NCBI GenBank assembly: GCA_003514055.1
Contig: DOSG01000002.1
Location: forward strand, 79,825 to 143,824
Direction: 5' to 3'
DNA: 64,000 bases
Source: Candidatus Yanofskybacteria bacterium
GTDB taxonomy: Bacteria > Patescibacteriota > Minisyncoccia > 2-02-FULL-40-12 > GWA2-44-9
The notes beneath the pieces were generated by a model. It did no database searches. It was not told the origin of the DNA and worked only from the letters and a program-made list of their open reading frames with translations. Of this stretch, positions 29,843 through 39,938 are shown piece by piece; the first letter of the stretch is position 1; each line of letters opens with the position of its first letter. A program made the position numbers and the translations under genes.

Positions 29843-30395
29843 TTCGGATTTATCCACTACGAGTAAAATATTGGACTTTATTAAGTCAAAAAAAATAGTT
29901 GTTGTTATCGTAGCCCTTTTTGGTTTTGCCATGCTCTTGGGGACATTTAGCGTCGGAGTCGCAGTCGGATATCGTAAGGCTAAGTTCTCGTATGCCTGGG
30001 GAGAAAATTATCATCGAAATTTTGCCGGACCAAGGGATGGATTCATGGGAGAATTTAACCAAGAATTGAATGGCGGCGATTTCATCGGTGGGCATGGTAC
30101 TTTTGGGCAGATAATCAACATGGCTGGTTCTGAGCTGGTAGTCCGAGGCAAGGACAATGTTGAGAAAATTATAGTTATTAACGCGAATACTGATATTAGA
30201 CGCTTCAAAGATGCGATTCAAATGAAAGATCTCACAATTGACGAATCGATTGTAGTGATTGGAGAACCTAACGACAAAGGCCAGACCGTGGCTAAATTCA
30301 TTAGAATTATGCCTGCTTCCCCGACAGACCGGCCATTGCCTGCTTCGCCAGGGCTTCAGCGAGGCGAGCCGTCTCCTCGTTTACCACGAAGATAA
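29829..30395 (+). CDS. Hypothetical membrane-anchored protein
   Basis: N-terminal TM segment; 188 aa. Confidence 0.4.
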   Translation: MDTNSSDLSTTSKILDFIKSKKIVVVIVALFGFAMLLGTFSVGVAVGYRKAKFSYAWGENYHRNFAGPRDGFMGEFNQELNGGDFIGGHGTFGQIINMAGSELVVRGKDNVEKIIVINANTDIRRFKDAIQMKDLTIDESIVVIGEPNDKGQTVAKFIRIMPASPTDRPLPASPGLQRGEPSPRLPRR

Positions 30396-30401
30396 AAATA
30401 T

Positions 30402-32138
30402 ATGAATAAAATATTACAAATAATTTTAAAACGGAAGATATTATTGGGCATGGGGTTTTTAGTCATCGCTCTTGGCTCGTATTTCTTTTTTCGAGGAGAC
30501 GCCACGATAGAAACTAAATATGTATTAGCGGCCGTCGAAAAAGGAACCATCGTTGCCTCTATCACTGGCAGTGGTCAGATCTCTGCCCTGCAGCAAGTGG
30601 ATGTTAAGCCAAAGGTTTCGGGTAGTATAACTTATGTTGGGGTTAAGGCCGGACAGCAAGTTTACGCGGGTCAAGCCTTAGCTTACTTAGACTCGCAAGA
30701 TGCTCAGCGGTCGGTGCGTGATGCTCAGATTAGCCTCGAGAGCGCCCAAATATCTTTGGAGAAAATGCGTCGTAGTCAGGAGACGAGCGGGGAGACTACG
30801 ACAGATAATCTAGCTCAGTCATACAAGGACGGATATAGCAAGGTCTCGGATGCATTTTTAAATCTACCAAATTTAGTTGAATTAGCGCGAGGCGTCCTTT
30901 ATGACAACAATGTCGAAGCTGGTGGTTGTGGCAATGTTTGCGAGTATGGCAACTTAGCTTATCAAGACTTTAGAGAGGAATTTAAATCTATAACCTCTCG
31001 AGCTGAATACGATTATAAAATCGCTAAAGACGCCTATGATCCTAATTTCAAGACTTATAGAGATGTAAGATTAGATGCTTCGCCGGAAGAAATAACGTCA
31101 ATTATAGAAACGACAGAAAATACGGTTGAACTTTTAGCCCAAGCCATTAAAAGCGAGCAGAACATGCTAGATGCTCTAGTGAGCAATATTAACGACGAAG
31201 CATCGAAGCAAGGCCATAAAGGACAGATACGACAACAATTAGTTACCTTCCAAAATAGTATTGGAAGCGGAGTGAGTAATTTAAATAGCATTCTTTCAAG
31301 TCTAGGTAACGCTAGGCGGTCAATCGAATCAGCCCAAAGATCTCTTGAAGATTCGGCGCTTTCTAATCCAATAGACATAAGAAGTCAGGAGAATACAGTT
31401 GCGCAGAGACAAGCGGCATTGCAGGATGCGAAGAGTAACCTAGCAGACTATGCAGTTCGTGCGCCATTTGCTGGAATCGTGGCCAAATCAGATATTGAAA
31501 TTGGAGATTCGGCATCGAGTGGTACGATAATAGCGACATTGCTGACCAAACAAACCATTGCTCAAATATCGTTGAACGAAGTTGATATTTCTCAAGTCGA
31601 AGTTGGACAAAAGGCTACACTTACTTTTGACGCAGTAGAAGATTTAGCTCTCACGGGAAAAGTATTAGAAGTTGATTCCCTAGGAACGGTTAGCCAGGGT
31701 GTGGTTAGTTATAATGTTAAAATCGGATTTGATACTCAAGATGAGCGAATTAAATCTGGCATGAGTGTTTCTGCCGCTATTATCACTGATTCTAAGCAAG
31801 ACGTTTTGGTGGTGCCTAACTCAGCCATCAAATCTGCTAGTAGTGGAAGTTACATAGAAATACCAGGAGACAAATTGGATGCCGAATCGGCGGCTAGTCT
31901 TTTAAATAGTACTGGCATTTCTCTATCTTCTGCCATACAAAGGCAGACGATTGAAACGGGATTATCTAATGACGCTATTACCGAAGTCACGAGTGGTCTT
32001 AATGAGGGAGATCTTGTTATAGTTCGAACCATCGCCGCCTCAACTCAAACTACGACAAGTCAGGGCCAAAACAGTCTATTCCCGGTAGGCGGAAGTGCTA
32101 CTGGCGGCGGAGGAGGCAACAGGACGCAGATGCGCTAA
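30402..32138 (+). CDS. Efflux periplasmic adaptor (membrane-fusion protein, HlyD/MacA family)
   Basis: N-terminal TM segment; lipoyl-like and coiled-coil regions; directly upstream of the ABC ATPase and permease. Confidence 0.75.
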   Translation: MNKILQIILKRKILLGMGFLVIALGSYFFFRGDATIETKYVLAAVEKGTIVASITGSGQISALQQVDVKPKVSGSITYVGVKAGQQVYAGQALAYLDSQDAQRSVRDAQISLESAQISLEKMRRSQETSGETTTDNLAQSYKDGYSKVSDAFLNLPNLVELARGVLYDNNVEAGGCGNVCEYGNLAYQDFREEFKSITSRAEYDYKIAKDAYDPNFKTYRDVRLDASPEEITSIIETTENTVELLAQAIKSEQNMLDALVSNINDEASKQGHKGQIRQQLVTFQNSIGSGVSNLNSILSSLGNARRSIESAQRSLEDSALSNPIDIRSQENTVAQRQAALQDAKSNLADYAVRAPFAGIVAKSDIEIGDSASSGTIIATLLTKQTIAQISLNEVDISQVEVGQKATLTFDAVEDLALTGKVLEVDSLGTVSQGVVSYNVKIGFDTQDERIKSGMSVSAAIITDSKQDVLVVPNSAIKSASSGSYIEIPGDKLDAESAASLLNSTGISLSSAIQRQTIETGLSNDAITEVTSGLNEGDLVIVRTIAASTQTTTSQGQNSLFPVGGSATGGGGGNRTQMR

Positions 32139-32166
32139 TAATAACTTGTGACGAGTCTATCAAGCC

Positions 32167-32874
32167 ATGATCAAGTGTAATAATATATTCAAGATATATA
32201 AAAGCGGAGATATAGAAACTAGTGCTCTTAAGGGAGTTAGTTTTGAAATTACTGATGGTGAATTTGTAGCTATTATGGGTCCATCAGGATCTGGGAAATC
32301 AACATTGATGCATATCATCGGAGCCCTGGATATCCCCACAAGCGGCGAATATATTCTCGATGGACATGATGTCTCTAATTTGACTGACGACGAATTGGCT
32401 GATACCAGAAAAGATAAATTGGGATTTGTTTTCCAGGCATTTAACTTATTGCCAAGAGCTACTGTGCTTAGGAACGTAATATTGCCTTTGGTATATGCCG
32501 GAGTTCCCAAAGAAGAGCGTGAGCTAAAAGCTCGACGGGCTCTTATTAATGCCGGGATGGATGAATCTCACTTCCATCATAGGTCAAATCAGCTCTCGGG
32601 AGGGCAGATTCAACGTGTTGCTATAGCTCGAGCCTTGGTTAATGATCCCTCTTTAATTCTCGCAGATGAACCCACCGGTAATTTGGATACAAAAACAGGA
32701 GAAATAGTTTTGAATACTTTCCAGGCTCTTAACGAAAAGCAAAATAGAACTATCGTTCTCATCACTCATGAGCGAGAGGTGGCCGAACATGCTGATAGAA
32801 TTATAACCATCAAAGACGGACTAATCGTGGAGGATAAGATAAATAAAAATAAGCGTCACGCAAATCTATCATGA
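32167..32874 (+). CDS. ABC transporter ATP-binding protein (MacB/LolD type)
   Basis: Walker [10 protein letters not shown]; signature [15 protein letters not shown]; Walker [12 protein letters not shown]. Confidence 0.9.
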   Translation: MIKCNNIFKIYKSGDIETSALKGVSFEITDGEFVAIMGPSGSGKSTLMHIIGALDIPTSGEYILDGHDVSNLTDDELADTRKDKLGFVFQAFNLLPRATVLRNVILPLVYAGVPKEERELKARRALINAGMDESHFHHRSNQLSGGQIQRVAIARALVNDPSLILADEPTGNLDTKTGEIVLNTFQALNEKQNRTIVLITHEREVAEHADRIITIKDGLIVEDKINKNKRHANLS

Positions 32875-34094
32875 TCATTTCTGATTTATTCGAAGAAACA
32901 TATTCAGCCTTGCTAGCGAATAAGGCCAGATCTGGTCTTACGGTTCTTGGCATTGTCATCGGTATCGGTTCAGTTATCGCTATGATCTCAATTGGGCAAG
33001 GAGCCAAGGGGACTATTGAATCGAGCATCCAAAACTTGGGATCTAATTTGGTTATCGTAATGCCCGGTGCTCAGCGAGGCGTTGGCATTCAGGTCAATGC
33101 CGGTCGTGGTAGCGCTCAGACATTAACTCAAGATGACGCTGATGCACTTAAGGAGCAAGTAGTTTTAGCGAATGATGTCGCCCCAGAACTTTCTAGTCGG
33201 TATCAGATAACGGCTAAGGGAACTAATACCAATACTCAAGTAGTTGGAACGGTGCCGAGTTATTTAACAGTCAGAAATGTTGAGCTTGAAGATGGTTCAT
33301 TTATCAGTGAGCAGAATCTCAGAAGTTTATCCAAAGTAGTAGTATTGGGGCCAACGGTAAGAGATGATCTTTTCGGTGAAGGAGTAAGTCCCATCGGCCA
33401 ATCAATCCGTATCCGTTCTGTTCAGTTCAAAGTTATTGGAGTGATGAAAGCTAAAGGGGGAAGTGGATTTAATAATCCCGACAATACGATGTATATACCC
33501 CTTTCTACCGCGCAAAAGTTTTTGGCTGGAAATGCATCGGTAAGTCAAATAAGCGTCCAGGCTGTTGATCAGAACTCTATGGCGGAATTACAAGCCCAGA
33601 TTACTGCCCTACTACTCGATAGGCACAATATCTCAGATCCGGCCCTTGCTGACTTTAGTACACTTAATCAGGCAGATATTGTAGCGACGGCATCTTCGGT
33701 TACCGATACCTTTACTATTCTTCTTGCCGCAGTCGCGGGCATATCCTTAGTTGTCGGGGGAATTGGCATTATGAATATGATGTTGACCACGGTTACGGAG
33801 AGAACGAGAGAGATAGGGTTAAGAAAGGCTATCGGCGCCAAGAGAAAAGATATTAATTTACAATTTTTAGCCGAAGCCGTACTGCTTACCTTTTCTGGAG
33901 GAGCGCTAGGAATAATATTCGGATGGGTCGTCAGTCTGCTAGTCTCAAGATTTGGTGGCATAGCGACATCGATTTCAATATCTTCAATTTTATTAGCATT
34001 CGGCGTCTCAGCCGCTATTGGGATTGTATTTGGCTACTACCCGGCTTCTCGGGCGGCTAAATTAAATCCCATAGAGGCGCTACGTTTCGAATAA
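32871..34094 (+). CDS. ABC transporter permease (FtsX/MacB family)
   Basis: 407 aa, four TM segments with a large periplasmic loop; overlaps the ATPase gene (operon). Confidence 0.85.
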   Translation: MIISDLFEETYSALLANKARSGLTVLGIVIGIGSVIAMISIGQGAKGTIESSIQNLGSNLVIVMPGAQRGVGIQVNAGRGSAQTLTQDDADALKEQVVLANDVAPELSSRYQITAKGTNTNTQVVGTVPSYLTVRNVELEDGSFISEQNLRSLSKVVVLGPTVRDDLFGEGVSPIGQSIRIRSVQFKVIGVMKAKGGSGFNNPDNTMYIPLSTAQKFLAGNASVSQISVQAVDQNSMAELQAQITALLLDRHNISDPALADFSTLNQADIVATASSVTDTFTILLAAVAGISLVVGGIGIMNMMLTTVTERTREIGLRKAIGAKRKDINLQFLAEAVLLTFSGGALGIIFGWVVSLLVSRFGGIATSISISSILLAFGVSAAIGIVFGYYPASRAAKLNPIEALRFE

Positions 34095-34104
34095 CAAAAA
34101 TACC

Positions 34105-34545
34105 ATGAAGAAACTTTTATTAGTGGCGATAGTAGTCGCAGTGATAGTTGGAGGTGGAGCGTTTTATGGAGGCATGAAATATGCTCAGGCTGGAAAAGGG
34201 AATTTTGCTAACTTAACTTCGGAACAGCGTCAACAATTCGCGGATAATGCTGGAGCTGGTCTTAGAAATGGTCCGAGCAGAGGTAGTATGGGCGCAGGAG
34301 TTATCTCGGGAGAGATCATCTCAAAAGACGACAAGAGTGTAACTGTTAAAATGAGAGATGGTGGTTCAAAGATTGTGTTCTATTCCGGCTCGACAGAGAT
34401 TGGAAAGTTTACCAAGGGCGTTGTCTCCGACTTGAGCATCGGAGAAACCGTAACAACTAATGGTACTGCGAATTCTGATGGAAGCCTGACAGCTCAATCA
34501 ATCCAAATCAGACCTTTGCTACCAAGTCCAACGCCATCCAATTAA
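34105..34545 (+). CDS. Secreted hypothetical protein
   Basis: signal/TM N-terminus; 146 aa. Confidence 0.4.
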   Translation: MKKLLLVAIVVAVIVGGGAFYGGMKYAQAGKGNFANLTSEQRQQFADNAGAGLRNGPSRGSMGAGVISGEIISKDDKSVTVKMRDGGSKIVFYSGSTEIGKFTKGVVSDLSIGETVTTNGTANSDGSLTAQSIQIRPLLPSPTPSN

Positions 34546-34629
34546 TAGCAAGCCCAAGTTGCACATATCGATTGCCGAGCGCTCCCTTACTCTTTAGTCA
34601 ATCTGACATGAATATGATAAAATTTTCGT

Positions 34630-34806
34630 ATGAATAAAACTAGGATAACTTATTCTATTCTTGCAATATTGTTTGGCGTATTCATGGTTGTGTACGGTGG
34701 ATACGACGATAGTCCAGGAGCGCAAGGACTCGGACTGATAGCGGCTATTGTTGGTATCGTGGGCATTATAAAGAGCAAAAAGAGAATCTCTAGCCAAAAT
34801 AATTGA
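34630..34806 (+). CDS. Small membrane protein (58 aa), absent from the ORF track
   Basis: two hydrophobic helices (ILAILFGVFMVVYGG, LIAAIVGIVGII) with a basic tail; the antisense 67-aa ORF looks non-coding. Confidence 0.35.
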   Translation: MNKTRITYSILAILFGVFMVVYGGYDDSPGAQGLGLIAAIVGIVGIIKSKKRISSQNN

Positions 34807-34820
34807 TTACATATTATTCT

Positions 34821-35207
34821 ATGTATAAAAAAATATTAATATTAGGCGTGTTTCTTGCTGCGGGGGTATTAATTCTCGTCTTTACAGCTAAAGACAATAC
34901 AAATAAGAGCTCTACGGTAAGCCCGACTGCTAGTCCATCCATCACTCCAAAATCTCAAGATACATCTTCTGGGCATACTCTTTTAGATGTTGCTAGTCAT
35001 AATGGCAGACCAAGCTGCTGGAGCGTGGTTAATGGAAAGATTTATGACCTTACTTCGTGGATTGATAAACATCCCGGTGGCTCTGATCGCATTCTTAAGA
35101 TATGTGGGACTGATGGCTCGGCCAATTTTAACAATCAGCATGGAGGTAAGCAGAAACCGGCTGATCAATTAGTTAATTTCTATGTTGGAGATTTGTCGGT
35201 GCGATAG
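34821..35207 (+). CDS. Cytochrome b5-like heme-binding domain protein, secreted/anchored
   Basis: HNGRPSCWSVVNGKIYDLTSWIDKHPGG (cyt b5 HPGG motif); signal peptide. Confidence 0.75.
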   Translation: MYKKILILGVFLAAGVLILVFTAKDNTNKSSTVSPTASPSITPKSQDTSSGHTLLDVASHNGRPSCWSVVNGKIYDLTSWIDKHPGGSDRILKICGTDGSANFNNQHGGKQKPADQLVNFYVGDLSVR

Positions 35208-35362
35208 ACCATGGAGTGCCCGATATACGTGTTGATCTTATGCAACACTAATTAAGGCTCGATTTTTCCTCTTTTCAACCCGCAAAATAGGGGAGGAACG
35301 TTCATTTCTCCTTGCTAAAACAGTAAGATTGATGGCCTAGACAGGTCTAAGCTGTTGCGATT

Positions 35363-35392
35363 GACGAAACCGCCTGTTTATGCTATAATTAA
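35363..35392 (+). promoter_or_regulatory. Promoter TTGACG-N17-TGcTATAAT ahead of a GC-rich gene
   Basis: ttgacgaaaccgcctgtttatgctataatt. Confidence 0.5.
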
Positions 35393-35474
35393 TACAACAG
35401 TGATGGTAGGGACCTTCACAACAGAATACGTTAGATTTGGTGCTTTTTTTCTTGTATCCATAAGGAGCTTGAGG

Positions 35475-36734
35475 ATGAAGAAGATCGACAGGACTGCCGA
35501 ATTCCCTCAGTTGAGGGACGGCGAAGTGTATGCGGACTGGACGGGAGCGGCGCTTCCACCGGTATCGCTCATCAGCAAGTTCGCGACGTTTCTGACGTCG
35601 CATCTGCTGGGTAACCCACACTCATCGCACCGGGCATCGCAGACCGCCTCCGACATGGTGACGGCGACGCGAGCGAGAATTCTGTCGTATCTCAACGCTT
35701 CCAGCGATGAATACGATGTGGTCTTTACCCCGAACGCGACCGGTGCGATCCGTATCCTCGAACACTTCGTGTTCCGGGGCGGTGAGCTTCTGCTCACCGC
35801 GGACAACCATAACTCGGTCAACGGCTTGCGGGAAACCGCAAAACGTGACGGAGGGGTGGTGCGCTACGCGCCCATCAATGGCAATCTCGGGATCGACGTA
35901 GATGGGTTGGTCCGACTGCTCGACTACCCGCGTACGGAAGGTGGGAACAAGCTCTTCGCCTACCCGGCGAAGAGCAATTACTCGGGGGTGTGTCATCCGC
36001 TCGAGCTAGTCGGGATGGCGCAGGAACGCGGGTGGTACGTCCTTCTGGACGCCGCCGCGTACAACGCGAACTGCCGTCTCGATCTGAGCGCGGTCAAGCC
36101 GGACTTCGTTCCGGTGTCGTTCTACAAGATGTTCGGGTTCCCAACGGGTGTCGGTTGCCTGATCATCAAGAAGACGGCCTACGCAGCGCTGGCCAAGAAG
36201 TGGTTCGCCGGCGGCTCGATCCGACTGGTGTCGGTCGCCACCGACTACTTTACCCATGATCGTGGGGCGTCGAAGTACGAGGACGGAACCATCAACTTCC
36301 AGATGATCCCGGCGATCATGGAAGGGCTCGAGTTCCTCGAGGAGTTTGGGGATCGGAATCGGCACGCCATCGCGTTGGCTACCCAGCTCCGTGACGAGCT
36401 CAAGGGCTTGGCAGTGGGAGACGCCTTGTTCGTCATTCACAGCCCGCGTGGTACGGACACCGTGGCTTGCGCCGTTCGCAAAGACGGCGAATACTTGTCA
36501 GTGAGAAGGTTTGAAGAGTTCGCCTCTGAGCGTGGAGTTCACGTCCGGGCGGGCGACTTCTGCAACCCCGGGGCTAACGAGCAGGTGTATGGCTTCGTGG
36601 TCGACCCAAACGAGCCGCAATTCGATGCGGCTCCCAACGGGAGCATCAGAATTTCATTTGGCTACGCCAACGTGGCGAGCGATGTTTCACGGATTCTCGA
36701 GGTGGCAAGGGAGTACTTGGACCACATCCAGTAG
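35475..36734 (+). CDS. GC-rich class-V aminotransferase-fold PLP enzyme (MOCOS/cysteine-desulfurase-like)
   Basis: SFYKMFGFPTGVGCL resembles the PLP-lysine region of the molybdenum-cofactor sulfurase/NifS family; RBS taaggag. Confidence 0.55.
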   Translation: MKKIDRTAEFPQLRDGEVYADWTGAALPPVSLISKFATFLTSHLLGNPHSSHRASQTASDMVTATRARILSYLNASSDEYDVVFTPNATGAIRILEHFVFRGGELLLTADNHNSVNGLRETAKRDGGVVRYAPINGNLGIDVDGLVRLLDYPRTEGGNKLFAYPAKSNYSGVCHPLELVGMAQERGWYVLLDAAAYNANCRLDLSAVKPDFVPVSFYKMFGFPTGVGCLIIKKTAYAALAKKWFAGGSIRLVSVATDYFTHDRGASKYEDGTINFQMIPAIMEGLEFLEEFGDRNRHAIALATQLRDELKGLAVGDALFVIHSPRGTDTVACAVRKDGEYLSVRRFEEFASERGVHVRAGDFCNPGANEQVYGFVVDPNEPQFDAAPNGSIRISFGYANVASDVSRILEVAREYLDHIQ

Positions 36735-36746
36735 GAGAGGTGACAC

Positions 36747-36938
36747 ATGAGCCAGGATCAGTCGAAGGTTGACTCGCGTATCAAGGTCGGCTCGATCGTG
36801 AGTCGCCGTGGGCAGGAATACAGGGTGACAGAGTTCACCCACGGCTGCTGCGGCGGCGACGAACAGGTTCGGGTCAGGGATGGCAACGGCTTTTCGGCCG
36901 GGCCGTTCTACACCGACAACGTCAAGTTCGTTCGATAG
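36747..36938 (+). CDS. GC-rich small protein (63 aa) with an HGCCGG motif
   Basis: RBS gagagg; terminator cccccgggggg...ccccggggttttt follows. Confidence 0.35.
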   Translation: MSQDQSKVDSRIKVGSIVSRRGQEYRVTEFTHGCCGGDEQVRVRDGNGFSAGPFYTDNVKFVR

Positions 36939-37128
36939 TCGTCTACGCGACGGCTATCAGCCCCCGGGGGGTTCTACCCCCGGGGTTTTTGTTTACTAAA
37001 TAAATTGCCCAACGAGCGATCATATAAAAATATCTGGATTAATATCCGCGTATTTAGGAAGGAATAAAAAGATGATCCATGAGTGGATCATCTTTTTATT
37101 CCTGGGGAACTATAAACGAGTCTTTGTC

Positions 37129-37692
37129 TTATTGCGGCATCTGCATGTATTGTGGCTCGCCGATTCTAACTGAGGCGTTGAACAATCCATACTGAGCTTT
37201 TGCTTGGGCGTTTGCATTCAAGTTATAATAAACTTCTTGAATGGCATTTCTAGCCTGAACTGGTCCGATGGTACGATTTTGTAGAGCTTGAGAGGATAAA
37301 GTTCCAGTCCAAGCTGAGATTGTCGATAATGAAGAGTCTACCATTAAGAGGTATTTTTGTTTATCGGCATCCGAGAGACCATTCGGATTTCTTTGAGCTT
37401 CTTCAAGGGCTTTAACTGCGTTGAATACTCCGGTATAAGCCAAATGTTCAGGAGAGTTTGATATCGTCGCCAACACTTCGCTCAAAGGCTTCCCTGCGTG
37501 GAAAGATGCACCTGAATCTAGGGGTCGATGGAATATCGCTCCATATAGACTTGTCAGTAGCGATGTGTCGACAGTGCAAGTTGCGTTAGCCGAGGCTACT
37601 TGAGTATGATTACTAACGAACATCCCTCCGAGTAGTCCTAGGCCGATCATTAGGAAAGAGACAATAAATATGTTGTGTTTTGATATTTGCAT
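37129..37692 (-). CDS. Secreted hypothetical protein
   Basis: N-terminal TM/signal segment; 187 aa. Confidence 0.45.
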   Translation of the reverse strand: MQISKHNIFIVSFLMIGLGLLGGMFVSNHTQVASANATCTVDTSLLTSLYGAIFHRPLDSGASFHAGKPLSEVLATISNSPEHLAYTGVFNAVKALEEAQRNPNGLSDADKQKYLLMVDSSLSTISAWTGTLSSQALQNRTIGPVQARNAIQEVYYNLNANAQAKAQYGLFNASVRIGEPQYMQMPQ

Positions 37693-37907
37693 TCAGTTGT
37701 TAAAATAAGTACTAAGTAATCACGAGTTTTGATGAAACTAGTAAATTATCGGTGCTTAAATTAAGTTAATTATTCTACCGCGGGCTACGACCTGGGTAGC
37801 GAGTTAAAAAATACTACCCATTTTGATCCCGATCACTTTTGATGCCGTACAAAGCATCTATACATTGCAATTGATCGCTGATGCGGATAGCTAGTAGGCT
37901 TTAGAAT

Positions 37908-38564
37908 CTACTTTGAGAGGATGAGGGCTATCTTTATGGTGGCATCCATGGTCTTGGCAGAATTATTCCAATCTGCCGCTGCTTGCTTGAGCGTATCAAA
38001 AGAATAAATCATACCATTGCCTTGAGTGGTGCCTGGATCATTTACTATGAATCCAGAGGCATTGTAGCCGCGCACCACGATCATGTGGTAAAAAGGCCCT
38101 GAGTCCGTGTAGATCGGCAATAATCGGGCATTTATTGGCAGGAGAACGACATGGCCTCTGCTCAGCTCTTTCTTTAAATCCTTTTCGGTGTAATCTCTTA
38201 TTTGCTTAACGGTTATGTCAAATACTTTTTCAGCCATTCGAGAAGTGGTGTAAGCGCCAGTGTCGGCGTTGTAGCCAATATTGTTTGCCTCCCATTTTCT
38301 TAGTTTGGCTATATATTCTTGGGCTAGGGCTACTGTTAACTCATTATCTCTGTTGCCTTCGAAATAGGCGTGAGCCATGGCGATGCTTGTCTCTTCGCAA
38401 TCTTCGTTACGGTCCCATCTCCCCGTCGGAGCTTGATCAGTAAAGGGTACGGCCAGAACGAGGGTCTCGGGTAGTGGCCAGTTAGTCATTACGATGATCA
38501 GTCCGATAAGGCCCAGTCCGAGCAGGCTCATCGTGCGTCTGTGCGTCGAAAAAATATTTTGCAT
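37908..38564 (-). CDS. Peptidase C39-like (C39_2) domain protein, secreted
   Basis: LAVPFTDQAPTGRWDRNEDCEETSIAMAHAYF; signal anchor. Confidence 0.5.
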   Translation of the reverse strand: MQNIFSTHRRTMSLLGLGLIGLIIVMTNWPLPETLVLAVPFTDQAPTGRWDRNEDCEETSIAMAHAYFEGNRDNELTVALAQEYIAKLRKWEANNIGYNADTGAYTTSRMAEKVFDITVKQIRDYTEKDLKKELSRGHVVLLPINARLLPIYTDSGPFYHMIVVRGYNASGFIVNDPGTTQGNGMIYSFDTLKQAAADWNNSAKTMDATIKIALILSK

Positions 38565-38573
38565 ATTGGTGGA

Positions 38574-39338
38574 TTATTTTGAAACAACGATCATGACGGA
38601 TTTGCTTTCGTCGATTGTGTCGATGGCATGATCCCAATCAGCCGTGGCATTGTTAATGGTCGAGAATGAATATAGATAATTCTCGCCGTTTCTTGTGCCA
38701 GAATCATTGGTGATAATTTTTGTGGCTGTATAGCCGCGAATTACTAACATATGATAAATTGGCCCCGGTTGCTTATAGTTCGGATTATTGAGTTTGCGGC
38801 CATTAACCGGAATTATAAGTACTTTACCTGCTAGTAGGGCCGATTTAATATCGTTTTCGGTAAAGTTTTTTACTAGGTTAGTTTTAAGGCCGTATACCGA
38901 TTCAATCATTTCTGCAGTTTCTACTGCGTCAGTATCTAAATAGTAGCCGAAATTCGTATCCTGCCACTTAGTCAATTTGGTAATTTCTATTTCCACCTCG
39001 GCGGCCGGAATTTTTTCTCTTGTGTCGCCGGCAAAGTATGCCCCGGCCATTATGGCGCTAGCTTCTTCGCAGGCTTCATTGTGAAGTTGGTCCCAATTGC
39101 CGATCGGCGCCTGGGGCGTGAAGGGAACAGCGAGAGAAAAACTCAGAGGAGTTTCTGAGGGTTTACTTGCCGATGGACTTGGGCTTGGTGAAACTAATGT
39201 GCCGGTCGGCGTAGGTGAGATACTGGGACTTGGGGTCTGTGTTGGTTGTGGATTTTTACCATATCCAAACAGTACAATCCCGACTATTGCAACGACAAGA
39301 ATTACGCCGATTATATTGATTGATTTGTTGATGGTCAT
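38574..39338 (-). CDS. Peptidase C39-like domain protein, tandem paralogue with a P/S/T-rich linker
   Basis: VPFTPQAPIGNWDQLHNEACEEASAIMAGAYF. Confidence 0.5.
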   Translation of the reverse strand: MTINKSINIIGVILVVAIVGIVLFGYGKNPQPTQTPSPSISPTPTGTLVSPSPSPSASKPSETPLSFSLAVPFTPQAPIGNWDQLHNEACEEASAIMAGAYFAGDTREKIPAAEVEIEITKLTKWQDTNFGYYLDTDAVETAEMIESVYGLKTNLVKNFTENDIKSALLAGKVLIIPVNGRKLNNPNYKQPGPIYHMLVIRGYTATKIITNDSGTRNGENYLYSFSTINNATADWDHAIDTIDESKSVMIVVSK

Positions 39339-39481
39339 TTCTCAGTATTTATTTTTTTAGATTATACATTCAATAGTAAGCCGATACAAAATTTAAGTTA
39401 TTACAGTCTAAATGATTGTTCGGGCCGTTGTAACCTATTTGGTCTTGAGGCGGCACCATTTGTAATAAGAGTAATGAAACG

Positions 39482-39868
39482 TTGATGAATATGATAGACA
39501 AACACTATAATCCCATACACTCAAGTACCAACTTCGGGTATACTAGTTTACATTTTTGGCGACCAATCTTAAAAGCGGCTGGAATTGTTATTTTTCTTGG
39601 GGTAGTTATCTTATTGTTGGTTGGTGGTGTGATATTCGGGGCGTCTCAATTTGTGACAATTTTTTCGAGTTCCACCGAAGCTGCAGACCAGACTAGATTA
39701 GCCCAGGCAGGCTTAGAGACTATGAAGAAAATGGTGGGTGACCAGGAAGCTTGGTCAGCGGCAATCAAAAGCGAGTATGATGGTATTTTTACTAATCAAT
39801 CCGTAGACAAGCGTGGGCTTAGCTGGTTTGATGGCTATATAACTGAAGCAGACCATTCTATCGATTAA
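39482..39868 (+). CDS. Hypothetical membrane protein
   Basis: TM segment; 128 aa. Confidence 0.4.
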   Translation: MMNMIDKHYNPIHSSTNFGYTSLHFWRPILKAAGIVIFLGVVILLLVGGVIFGASQFVTIFSSSTEAADQTRLAQAGLETMKKMVGDQEAWSAAIKSEYDGIFTNQSVDKRGLSWFDGYITEADHSID

Positions 39869-39938
39869 ACCGGCTATGATGTACAAATTAAATCAGCCTC
39901 CAGTGGGGGGCTGATTTAATCAAGTAAAGGCCCATCAC

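Noticed and set aside
34594-34797. Minus-strand 67-aa ORF listed in the ORF track
   Set aside because: The plus-strand 58-aa ORF in the same interval encodes a convincing two-helix membrane protein, and the antisense frame has no such features.
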